DNA from: Lama guanicoe | Lineage: Eukaryota | Assembly (NCBI GenBank): GCA_013239625.1 | Contig: MU053472.1 | Span: forward strand, 1,364,001 to 1,428,000 | DNA: 64,000 bases | Direction of reading: 5' to 3' | Position numbers and translations under genes: made by a program | Shown: piece by piece, positions 51,594-64,000 of the stretch | Layout of the letters: each line of letters opens with the position of its first letter | Numbering within the stretch: the stretch's first letter is position 1 | The notes under the pieces: generated by a model | What the model saw: only the letters and a program-made list of their open reading frames with translations | Told to the model about the DNA's origin: nothing | The model's database searches: none

Positions 51594-53184
51594 CTGCAAA
51601 AGGACAAATAACATTCCTCTATTTCTGAGATATTTTCAGCACGGCAGATCTGGTAACCTCCTGCAGATCACGATGTAGCACCCATATGAGTAGCTGGATA
51701 CAAGAAATGAGGCAGCACTGGAAACAACTGTCTGGCTCAAACTGGGATTGACTAATGCACATAAAGAAGTGTACGCTCTTTCTAGAAAGCTACCCATGAC
51801 TAATGTCATCCAACTCTGATTCCTTATCTTCTCTATTTTGTATACTTTGTGTACTCATTGTGTGCTACATACAACACTTAACTCTTTTTGTTCCAAATCC
51901 CAAAGTAACGCAGTTTTACTATAAAAAAATTTGGAAACAACAAAGACAATAAAATTAACATGAAATAGTATTATCTACTATTACTTTCCATTCTTTCTTC
52001 TAATATATTTGTGCAACCCTTGATCAGTTACCACTCATTTTATGTTGCTTCATACTTATTTTTGCTTATCTTTCCTGCAAGATAAGTTCATTGAAAATAG
52101 TGGTATTGTCAGCTCTCTCTTTTGTAACCTATGGTGGAAAAAAACAGAGTTCTTTATAGAAAGTATCTGTAAAACCACTCTGACAATCTAATGATACACA
52201 ATAAGAGTAGTAAAAAGAGTAGACTGAGGTCTAGATTGCAATGGACTATACATCTGTATAGATCACACAAGAAAGGAGAACAGTGTGAGAACTGGATATA
52301 TATATATACCTATTTTAATGCTGGCTAAAACACTATGTCCATGTACCATGCTGATACAATTTTCTGAAAATACTCAGCCCTGAGAGGGAACAAGGTATAA
52401 AAATTATTTAAAAGAAAACCAAATATGAAAAAAAAAGGAAAAAAAAAGAAAAGAAAAGAAAAGAAAACCAAGTATAGAGAGAAACATTCTTCAGGAGTAA
52501 TTAAATGAAACCCAGATACTTAGAATCTATTTTTTATATCTATACCAAAAATATTAACTGATCAATGACCTAGGATGAGAAACATTCAAACAATCTTCTA
52601 ATCTCTATGATTTCTTCTGCAGTCAGAAAAGAGGATACCTTTAAATTAACCAGGACTATTAGATAAGGTGGCAAATATTAAACAATGCCAGTGTGCATCC
52701 TCCCAACAGTCACCATACAGTTGGTTGCTTTTAGAAAGAGTAACCCTCAAATAAAATGGTATAGTACTGAGGTTAATCAAAAATTCTGAATGGAGTATAT
52801 CTTTCATAATAACAAATTTCAACTTAAAGCAGAAATATAAAAGTGGAAAAAATATATGTTTTGGTATATAGACAATTCTTCATGCTAAAGTTAGTATACT
52901 AATACAGAATAGACAATGTCACCTGACAGTCAAACTGCTGATCTAACAACCAAGTAATCTGCAATTACCTCTGTCACAATGGAAAATATACATAGGAAAA
53001 TATCAGTGAAATCTAGTAAAAGAGTACGGTAAAAAGAAATATGGTAGCTCAGATGATAAAATTCTGAGAGACTCTCATAGTCAAATACAGACTGAGGACT
53101 GATTATGTGTCAGTCATTTTTCTAGGTGCAAGGGATATGTGCAAAATGAGAGACAGAATTCATGACCATTAGAAGCTTCATTCT

Positions 53185-55370
53185 AATCATGGAGGCAAAG
53201 GGGGTAGGGTATATAGGACAGTGGCAGAGCATGATTACTTAGCATGCACGAAGTCTTGGGTTCAATACCTCCGTTAAAACATACAAACAAGTAAATAAAC
53301 CTAATTATGCCCCTCTCCCCAGGCCTGAAAAAAAAAAATAATGGAGGCAAGAACATACAATGGGGAAACGACAGCCTCTTCAATAAATGGTGCTGGGAAA
53401 ACTAGACAGCAACATGCAAAACAATCAAACTGAACTACTCACTCACACCATACACAAAAATAAATTCAAAATGGATTAAAGACATATGTGTAAGACCTGA
53501 AACCACAAAACTTCTCGAAGAAAACATAAGCTCTTTGACAACAGCTTTAGTAATTTTAGGGGGAGATATGTCTCAGGCATAGGGAAACAAAAGCAAAAAT
53601 AAACAAGTGGGACTGTATCAAACTCTTTGCACAGTGAGGAAAACCATCAACAAAATGAAAAGGTCACCTACAGAATGGGAGAAGACACTTGCAAACAATA
53701 TATCTGATAAGGGGGATGATATCCAAAATATACAAAGAATCCATACAACTCAACATCAACAAAACAAACATTCCCATTGAATAAAAGGCTGAAGAATATG
53801 AATAAACACCTTCCAAAGAAGATATACAGATGGCCAACAGGCCCATGAAAAGATGCTCAACATGACCAATCACTAGAGAAATGCAAATCAAAACCACAAT
53901 GAGGTAAAGGGGAGAGGGTACAGCTCAGGCAGTAGAGTGCATGCTTAGCATGCACAAAGTCCTGGGTTCAGTCCCCAGTACCTCCCCTAAAAATAAATAA
54001 ACCTAATTACCCCCCCCCGCCAAAATAAAATAATTAAATAATACAATAATAAAAATATTTTAAAAAGCACAACAAGGTATCACCCCACACCTGTCAGAAT
54101 GGCTATTATGAAAAAGACAACAAATAACAAGTGTTTGTGAGGAAGTAGAGAAAAGGGAACCTTTGTGCACTGCTGGTAGGAATGTAAACTGGTTCAGCCA
54201 CTATGGAAAACAGTACGGAGACTCCTCAAAATATTAAAAATAGAGCTAATTTATGATCCAGCAATTCCACTCCTGGGTATTTATCCAAAGAAAACAAAAA
54301 CACTGATTAGAAAAGACATGTCCACTGCTATGTTCACTGCAGTATCATTTACAATAGCCAAGATATGGAAGTACCTAAGTGCCCATCAATAAAGATGTGG
54401 TATGAACAATGGAATATTACTCAGCCATTAAAAATGAAACCCTGCCACTTGTGACAACATAGATAGAACTAGAGGGTAATACGCTAAGTGAAATAAGTCA
54501 GAGGAAGACAAATACTGTGTGATTTTACTAATAGGTGGAATCTAAAAAACAAAACAAATGAACAAAACGTACAAAACAGAAACAGAACAAACGGGGTTGC
54601 AAGAGGGGAACGAGGTAGGAAAAGGAAAGAAACAGGTGAGAGAGATTAAGAGGTAGACTTCCAGTTGCAAAATGAGTCAGAAGTATGAAATGTACAGTAC
54701 AAGGGAATATAGTCAATATGCAATACCTTTCTATGGTGACACATCATAACTAGACTTATCGGGGGATCATTTTGAAATGTATAGAAATACAGAATCACTA
54801 TGTCGTGCAACAGGAACTCAGTGTTACAAGTCAATTATTCTTCAAAAACAAATGCATAGAAAATAAGATCAGATTTGTGGTTAGCAAAGCTGGGAGGTAG
54901 GAGGAAGGGTAATTTGATGAAGGTAGTCAAAATGTACAAAATTTCCAGTTACAAGATAAATAAGTACTAGGGATGTGATGTACAACATAATTAACACTGC
55001 TATATGTTATATATGAAAGCTGTTAAGACTAAATCCTAAGAATTTTCATCACAAGAAAAAATACTTTGTATTTTCTTTGATTTTTTGTCTATTTGAGCTC
55101 ACAGCAAAAGAGAATGTAATAATGAATGTACGTATGTTCATGTAAAACTGAAAAATTGTGCTCTACACTGGAATTTGACACAACATTGTAAAATGACTAT
55201 AACTCAATAAAAAAAGTTAAAAAAAATTTTTGTCTATTTGAGATGTGTTCACTAAACTTACTGTGATAATCATTTCATGATATATCTAAGTCACATCATT
55301 ATGCTGTACTCCTTAAATTTATATAATGCTGTATGTCAATTACATCTCAATAAAACTGGAAGAAAAAAAG
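53185..55370 (+). mobile_element. L1 ORF2/3' UTR pieces with two nested Vic-1-like SINEs (~53200-53338, ~53908-54062) and a nested young L1 tail (55098-55226)
   Basis: ORF2-like text aataaatggtgctgggaaaact, tatgatccagcaattccactcctgggtat; TSD TTTTTGTCTATTTGAG around 55098-55226. Confidence 0.85.
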
Positions 55371-55889
55371 CTTCACTCTAGTGGGGAAAAGTGTATTAGG
55401 GTAGGCAAACACACCAATTTAAGACATTTAAAGATAAATCTATGAAGATAATAAAAACAGGGTAATATGATCAAAACCTTAAAGGAGGGGCTTTAGGATA
55501 GACAGGGAAGAATCTCCTGCAGAGGTAACATTCGAGTTGACATTTTTAAATGATGAGGAGGCAATCATGTGAATATCTGGGGGGAAGCATGTTCCAAACA
55601 GAAAGAATAACAAGCGCAAAGGCCCTGAGAAAAGGAAAAAAACTGTGGCATAATCAAATAACAGAAAGAAGGCCATGTGAACCAGCTCTAGAACATTTCT
55701 TTAACTACCTACTCAATAAAACCCAGGACGGAAATGCTTTTAAAAAATGCTGATGTGTTTGGAGTATTATGAATAAAGAATTATGTAAAGAGAAAAAGCA
55801 GAGATAAGGAAAATTTTTATAGGGCCTACTGGCTAATTAAGGCATTCTGGTTGCAAAAGTGAATAAGATTATTTAATTTATGCTTTTAA

Positions 55890-56085
55890 ACAACACGTCT
55901 AATAGAACTTCCTGAAATGTTCTCTACCTGCACTGCCCATTTTGGTAGCCACTAGCCACAAGTGGCTACTGAGTATGTGAAATGTGCCTAGTGTGGCTGA
56001 GGACTGACTTTTGATTTTTAACTTTCATTTAAATTCAAACAGTCACAAATGGTTAATGGCTATCATACTGAACAATGCAATTCTA
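55890..56085. mobile_element. MER3-like hAT fossil
   Basis: ggtagccactagccacaagtggctactgag...aaatgtgcctagtgtggctgagga. Confidence 0.65.
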
Positions 56086-57119
56086 GAAAGACTGCTCTGG
56101 CTGCAGTGTGGAGAACACTGCAATAAAGCCAAGAGTAGAAGCAAGGCAACCAGGACAGAAGATATTACAACAGTCCAGAAAAAGAAACCCTTGTGAAAAA
56201 AAGGACTGGTATTAGAAATAGATTTCATAGTTATTCCAAGGGCTGAACGAGAAAAAGTTAAACCCAGGCATACCTTGTAAATTTAGAGAACAATGTTCAC
56301 CTCTCATTTTAACAATACTAAGAACTGCATTCCCAGTAAACTTCACTACAGGTCTTCCCCTTAAAAATAAGTTTCTGGAAATTATTTAGTAATTGGTGTA
56401 TGATGGGGGTAGCAAACTAAATATTTTATGCCAGGAAAGCACAGCTTGATTATTGTCTCCAATCCCTGCTCATTACCTATTAAAACAAAAGGGTAAATTA
56501 AACATATGGAGATTCTTCAGGGTCTATGTGTCCATCTGGGCTGACAACGAGCAGGATGTAGGATCCAAGGAACTTTCGATTCAACAGAGGATCTAATTTT
56601 GCCTCAACACTCAGCCTAATGAAAAGGCAGGTTCTCAAGGTTCTCCAAGTGTGGCTCTACCATGTAAGCACAGTATTTTATTTAAATATTTTTTAAAAAC
56701 AGATTTTATTTTTTAGGGAAGTTTTAGGTTCACAGCAAAACTGAGAGGATAACAGTGATTTCTCATATACCTCCACCCTGTAGTATTTTATTTTTATGAC
56801 AACAGAAAATCACACCTACTTGATCAATTACTATTATCAAAAGTAATTACTATTTAACTGGTTAAAGTCATTGTTTATGAAATGGAAAATATACAAATCT
56901 AGAGGTCTTCAGTTTGTAAATATATTTACCGTAGGATTCAGCAGAATGACTAGTCAGATTCTCATCAGATACGTAACAAAAATAAATGTTAAAGTGAACC
57001 TGAAGGGAAAAAAGCTCTCTCCTGCTTATACAAGGTATTTTAAAAATAAATGATAGATTCCAAAGGGGAGGGTTAGATAATAAAATTAAAGAAAAAAAAG
57101 TCCTATATATAAAGATACA

Positions 57120-57694
57120 CATTTTTTAAAAATTGTGGAGTAACAGTATGAAATCTGCCATATTAACCATTTTTAGGTGTGCATTTCATTGGCATTAATT
57201 ATATTTACCATGTTGTACAACCATCATCACCATCCATTTCTGTAACTTTTTCATCACCTCAGACACTGTAATAAGCAATGGCTTCTCATCCTTCCCTTAC
57301 ACCCCCACTCTCAGTTCCTGGTAACCTTTAATCTACTTTTATCTCTACAAATTTGCCTATTCTAGAGATTTCATATAAATGGAATCATACAGTATCTGTC
57401 CTTTTGTATCTGGCTTATTTCACTTAGGATATCATTTTCAAAGTTCACCTATGTTGTACCACATATCAAAACTGTTTGAATAATATCCCATTGAATGTAC
57501 AGTTGATCCCTGAAGAACATAGGGGTTGGGAGGCTGACCCTTCGGCGCACTAAAAAAAAATCCATATATAACTTTAGTGTCAGCTCTTTGTATCCATGGT
57601 TCTGCATCCGTGGATTCAACCAATGACAGATCGTGTAAAATGTAGTATGTATTTAGCATACAGGTAACTGTTTGTGTCCCTGTTTTCATTTCTT

Positions 57695-57756
<62 letters not shown>

Positions 57757-59260
57757 GGAGTGAAGCTGCTGGGTCATACGGTAAGTTTTTTGCTCTGCTT
57801 TTTAAGGAACCACCAAACTGTATTCCATTCCAGCTGCATTTTACATTCCCATTAGCAATGCATGAGAATTCCAATTTCTCCACATTCTTACTAACATTTA
57901 TTTTGTTTCTTTCTTTTTTAAAAATTACAGCCATCCTGGTAGATGTGAAGTGATATCTCATTGTTTCTAATTTGCATTTCCCTAATGACAAGTAACGCTA
58001 GCACCTTTTCACATGCTTATTATTATTATTAGTCTTTGATATATCTTCTCTGGACAAATGTCTATTCAAGTCCTTTACTCATTTTTAGTTGGGTTGCCTG
58101 TTGTCAAATTGTAGTATTTGATATATTCTGGATACCAGACCCTTATTTGGTAAGTGACTTACAAATATTTTCTCCTTTCTATACGCTGTCTTATCACTTT
58201 TTTGATAACGTCCTTTGATGTACAAAGGTTTTAATTTTGATGGATTCCAATTCACCTGTAAACTAAAATGGTTTTACTTTTTTCTTTCCAATATGAATGC
58301 ATTTAATATTTATTTACTTATTTAGAACTGCTTTGGCTAGAACTTTCAGGACAATGTCAAACAGGAGTAGTGAAAGCAGGAATCCTTGTCTTGTTCTCGA
58401 TCTTAGAATTTGAGCCTAAGGAAAGATTTGAAGATGATGTTAGCTATGGGTTCATCATAAATGCTCTTTATCATATTGAGGAAGTTCTCTTTCCTACCTA
58501 GTTTTCTGAATGTTTCTATTATGAAAGGGTGTTGGATTTTGTCAAATGTGTTTTGTGTCGGTTGAGATGATCATGATCTCGCCCCTTCATTCTATTAATG
58601 TGGCGTGTTGCATTCAATGATTTTCTTATGTTAAACTAAATGACCTTTGTGTTCCTGGGATAAATCCCACTTACTAACGGTGTATAATCCTTTTATATTC
58701 TATTAGATTTGACTTGTTAGTATTTTTTTTTTTGAGAATTTCTGTATTTATATTCATAGGAGATATCAGTCTGTAATTTTCTTTTCTTATGATGTCTTTT
58801 TTTCTGATTTTGATATAGGGTAATGCTGGCCTCACAGAGTACTTTAGGAAGTGTTCCTTCTTCTTGACTTTTTGGAAGACTTTGAGAAGAACTGATGTTA
58901 TTCTTTTTCTTTTCTTTTTTTTATTGAGTTATAGTCAGTTTATAATCCTTCTTTTAATGTTTGGTAGTATTCACTACTGAAGTGTTCCAGTCCTGGACTT
59001 TTCTTTTATGGAAGGTTTTTGATTACTGATTTAATCTCTTTATTTGTCACAGGTTTGTTGACATACTCTATTTTCTTAGGCCAGTTTAGGTAGCTTGTAC
59101 ATTTCTAAGAATTTGTCCATTTTATCTACATTATCTAATGTGTTGGCATACAACTACTCATAGGGTTCTCTTATGATTCTACTTCTGGAAGGTCAGTAGT
59201 AACGTCCCAACTCATTTCTGATTTTATTCTCGTCTTCTCTTTTTTTTCTGTCAGTCTGGT
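57120..59260 (-). mobile_element. Old L1 fragment with a nested Tigger-like piece (~57499-57655) and a (TCTA)n STR
   Basis: Antisense ORF2 text; cagttgatccctgaa Tigger-like terminus. Confidence 0.75.
57705..57756 (+). repeat. (TCTA)n tetranucleotide microsatellite, ~12-13 units
   Basis: Read directly. Confidence 0.95.
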
Positions 59261-62200
59261 GTGGTTTTAATTTTAAGTAGGGCGTAAAGCACTGTGTGCA
59301 TATGTAGCAGATACTGTTGGCTCCCCAACCAACAGTCATTTTCCCCATCTCATGCTTGTTGGCAGAACCCTGATTTTGTTTAGGCACTGACCCCTTTCTC
59401 ACAGGATTCATGAGTAAATCGTGATTAGTTTAAGTAAATCATAATGAGTTTAAGTCATTCAGATTGCCAGTGACTGATTTCAAAGGTCACCAAATGACCT
59501 AGCTCTGGCTAAAGAGACTCAAGGATAAGTCAGCTGGGTGGTTTATGAAAAAGGTTCCTTCTCATCACAGGTAAAACAGTACTTGGGAAAGGAGTCTTTC
59601 TTCTGCTGGACAATGCAGAATCTCTGTGTGATACCTTACAACCACAGTAGCATTCTTACAACCACCCGGGAGCAAGGAAAAGACAAAACAAGCACACAAA
59701 GGACAGAGGAGCAGAAAGATGGAAAAAAGCATAGTTCTTTTAAAATCTCTAAGAATTCTGAATTAAGCCACCCTGGAGGTACTCAGGACTTGGTATTGAT
59801 TACCTTTTTATCAAATTCTTTGTATTTTTAGGGAGCACTGCCTATGTAGAGGGCTGCTATCTTGGCTGCTATACATGGGTTTATGATCTTTTTGTGAACT
59901 GGACGTTTTATTTTTAATATCCCTTTTGTACCAACTAACGGTTTTTATCCTGAATTCTGCTTTGTTTTTTTTTTTAACTTAAGTATAGTCAGTTTACAAT
60001 GTTGTGTCAATTTGCTTTTATTATTGTTATTTAGGGTATTTTCTTTTAAAATATATAGTAAAGTTTCATTTTTCAACCCTCTTGGAAATTGCTATCTCCA
60101 GACAGAGGAGCTGAGCCCATTTACATTTATTGTGATGACAGTTATATTTGCTTTTAATTGCTTCATATTTTTCATTTATCATACTTAGTTATTTCCTCTA
60201 TTCTACTTGCTTATATCTAGCTTGGACAAGTTTCCAATCATTCTTACTCCTACTTCCACTATTCTAACTTGGAATGTCTATCATATTTTCCCATTTATCA
60301 GTTTACTACATACCCCTCCTAGCACTGACAATGTTTGAATATTAAATAATGATAGCTAGTCATACTTCACTCACCAAGATGAGATCTTCATACTGCTTTC
60401 TTACACTACTTTCCCCAAATGTGCATTTTTAAATAGGCTATCATATATACTGACTATAAAGCCATCTGAATATAATAACATGAGCCTCCATTTTCCATCC
60501 AAAAAGGTTTTTTCGCCAACTTGAATATATCAAGTTTTAGGGATACATATGATAACATTTTAAAACTTACACTATTTAAATCATCTTTATGTTATGTTAT
60601 AAACACATATTAAAATCTAAGTTAAGTTTTCAAAAATTACTTTTCCTCCTTGCAATTTATGAAATGTTATTTAAACTATTCATATGCATCTTAAAACATT
60701 TATCTTCATCATCACCAAATGTTTGAGTCATTTAACAGTTTTTCAGAGTAAAACAGCTTCACTTGTTTGAAAACCAGCACTTTTGAGTCTGGTATGATGT
60801 CACTAGAAATTTTATACAAAGGTACTAGCAATCATTTGCAAAGCGTTAAGACTGTTGGGTTTTCTCATTCTACCCAAGATAAGCAGACATCCATAATCTC
60901 CACAACCAAACCAGCTAATGCACCATATTTCAACGTAATATTCAGAAAGCCAGTTAATAAAGACATCTAACACAGCTACAAGGTTATGACCTCCAAAATA
61001 ATTCTAAATGTGTTAAGTTCCATTACTTCCTTAAAAAGAAAATTCTACCTCTATAGCTTCCTGATATTGGCACTGGCTGAGTTTTCAGGCTAACATTTCT
61101 TTCCAAATAGTACTTTGTTGTTCAAATAATAAACCTGAAATAACATCACATAACATGAGTGACTTTGTAAGGTAACTCTCTTTACTGAAGGATAATTTGG
61201 GGGCAGAGGTATTCTTGTATTTAATAGTATATGGTAACTGAGAATTTCTGCTTTATGTGATTTCTAAAATTTCCCTTTCATTTCCAGTTTGAAAAAAAAA
61301 CCTTACTTAAGACATACTACAAATTTAATTTGTTCCTCATTCTCTTTCTATTCCATTTACATGTAACTATATGTTACAATATTCACTGCTGACCACTAAC
61401 ACCATCTTCCCCTACCTTAAGATTTGTTATTATTGAACTATTATTTGGTTAGAGAAATTCCTTGACTATTTTCCTCAGATAAAGTACATGGAGACATATT
61501 TGACTTCTATATATTTGAAAATTTTAAATTTTATTGTAAAAGTTGATGAAGTGTAGTATTTTCTCAGTAATTGAGACATTGCTTTTGTCTCCTAGCTTCT
61601 AATTTCTATTTATTTTTGGATTTCAGAAAACTCACCTGCCTATGACCCAGCGTTCTTTTTCAATCTAGATTCAAGTGTTTTCCCCAAATAGTTCAGGAAA
61701 TTCCTTTTCTCATTTAAAATCCCTAAAATACGCCAATATAATAATTGTGGTTATTTCTGGGCAGTGGGTTACAGATAATATTTATTTTCTTCTTCATAGA
61801 TTTCTGCATGTTTTAAATTTGTTTGGCAACAGGCATATGCAGAAGCAGAAAAAAAACAAAGCTATTAAATAAAGAACAAGTAAATGGAACTAGGCAAAGT
61901 TTTCAAGAAATACAACAAGGACTGATAAATGGTACCAGGTTAAAAAAAGGACTCTCTGACATTTGCTCTATACTGCTTCCATGCCAGCCCCAGATTAGAA
62001 GCTGATTTTGTGCTATTAAATTTAAAAATACACTCTCACACTGAGCTCAAAGCTCTTGGGATTGGCCAAAGGATTTTAATAGTATCTGTTGTGTAAAACA
62101 ATCCTTTTCCAATTCAATTAAAAACTAAGTAAGAAAAATTTACTCGTTTTCAAGGAATACTAATACAATACTACAAATTATATTAAATAAGCCTATAATG

Positions 62201-62844
62201 ACCAAGAATTTGACAAGCACAGCTGTATCAAAGCAAATCTTACTTTGAAATTTCAAATTGTTAAGAACAAAATGTCTAGGCAGTAAGCCCATATTATAAA
62301 CAGTTTTGTTCCTGGTGCGGATATCTTTCTATTCATATGTGCCTGTTCTGAGGCAGCTAGAACAGTCATGGTATTGACAGTTACCTATCCAATATTCTCC
62401 TCTCCTGCTTCCTTAATGTAGACCCATGAGTTCATCTGGGGCAGCAAAATGAACGATTAAAACTGTTTTGCTCCCCAGACCACTTTACACCATTGGAGGA
62501 TGTGCGGAATGTGTCCCAGTTTCCTAGTTTCAAGGAGAGGTAATCAAAGAGACAGGGCTAGGCTTCTGGGAAAGCTCTTTTTTCTGACTGGGAGGGGAAG
62601 CTGACACAGGTGGTATGAGCCTTTTGCCCCTCTCCTTCCTTGTGAACAGTTGCAAACGACGTGATCTACGTGCTAAAGATGACAAAAATAGGAAAGGGGG
62701 GGAGCCATGGTCCTGTGAGGAAACTAAATCATTTGGTTACATTAAGCAAAATTAATATCAGAGCCTTAAAATCAGACAGACAGGAGAAACATTTATCTGG
62801 ATGAAATAAACCTTCTCATTCTGTGCATAAAAAGCAAGCACATA

Positions 62845-63045
62845 TAGATAAACAATAAGGACCTACTGTATAGCACAGGGAACTATATTCAGTATCTTGT
62901 AATAACCTATAATGGAAAAGAATCTGAAAAGGAATATATATATGTATATGACTGAATCACTTTGCTGTACCCCTGAAACTAACAAAATGTTGTAAATCAA
63001 CTGTATTTCAATAAAAATTTTTAAAAATAAAAATAAGAACTTAAA
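62845..63045 (+). mobile_element. L1 3' tail
   Basis: ctactgtatagcacagggaactatattcagtatcttgtaataacctataatgg. Confidence 0.8.
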
Positions 63046-64000
63046 AAAAGTCAAGCACATACAAAAGAAAAAATTTTTACCTTTTTATCAAAGACCGCTA
63101 TAAAAGAGGAATCTACAATGAAATCATACAAAATGGCTTTTCTATTCCAAATTAACTAATTCACATACAAAGAAACATTTAACTAGCCTCTAAAATCCCG
63201 TGTGGATAGTCTAGTCTCCTATTCCTACAGGGGTAGGACAAGGGGAGGAAAGATGACACAGATTATTTTTATCAGCACTACAAATTATAGGCCCAGATAC
63301 CAATCCATTTATAGTTTCTATACACGAGTATTACTAATAATTTATCATAAGATATCTATGGGAAATTACCATAAGCTTCTAAGATATTACTTGTAATAAA
63401 GTTTCCACATTATAAAATTAACTTCAAGATTTGAAAATCTGCCTAACACAGGTTAAGCCCTGTATAAAACAGGGTAATGATAACCTCAAAAGACTGAGCA
63501 GAGAGAGCTTTAGTCAATTTTAGTTTAAATCAACAATGGTTTTACATAGAAGAATCCATATTCTAGATCTGAAGAGGTTCAGATTTAATTAACTCATCTC
63601 TAAGATAGAAAGGAAATATGACCCCTTACTCAATACAAATGGAAGACTATTAATTCAGTAAACTGATCAGACTAGTTAACTTAGGACAAAGATTTTTTTT
63701 AAATTTATTTTTATCTTCCTTTAGTTTTATAAAGAAATTCTTTTTAAGAAATGTCAAATGAAATGGGGAGATAGAGAGAAAACCTATGTAAAAAGAGTTA
63801 AAATTAAATGTTACATGTGCAAAAAAATAAAAGACATTAAAAGCAAAGACTTACTTCTAGATTAGCTTGCCTTTTCTTTAGGTACCTCTGTTTAAAAATG
63901 TATTTTTAAAGAAAAGTTATTTATAAGTAACATATTGGGTTACATACAATTCTAGAAATGTAAACAGGGGTTAAAAAAAAAAAAACCACTCCAAAAAAAC

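Overview
Mammalian genomic DNA, very probably camelid: about 12 copies of a tRNA-derived SINE resemble the camelid Vic-1 family. The window is syntenic with human 17q23 (USP32 - CHCT1/C17orf64 - APPBP2). It contains the six coding exons of CHCT1 (+, about 20.2-27.7 kb) next to a CpG island, and exons 5-13 plus the ~4.7-kb 3' UTR of APPBP2 (-, about 35.9-51.6 kb; exons 1-4 lie outside the window). Much of the rest is L1, L2, MIR, MaLR/ERV LTRs and DNA-transposon fossils. The main unexplained signal is a chain of about 10 minus-strand exon-like segments between about 2.1 and 15.8 kb. They have canonical splice sites, short introns and partly phase-compatible junctions, but also stops, frameshifts and a dead donor. 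This looks like an unannotated, decayed multi-exon gene lying head-to-head with CHCT1. Some fragments resemble pol-beta-family nucleotidyltransferase motifs, which is speculative. Other points: a reading-frame mismatch between CHCT1 exons 5 and 6; a CCATGG palindrome giving strong-Kozak ATGs on both strands inside an RFX-like box; a consensus X-box and a MITE in the APPBP2 3' UTR; and a stop-free 81-nt APPBP2 intron. Gene identities rest on recalled human protein sequences and repeat names on recognition by eye; no database search was run.
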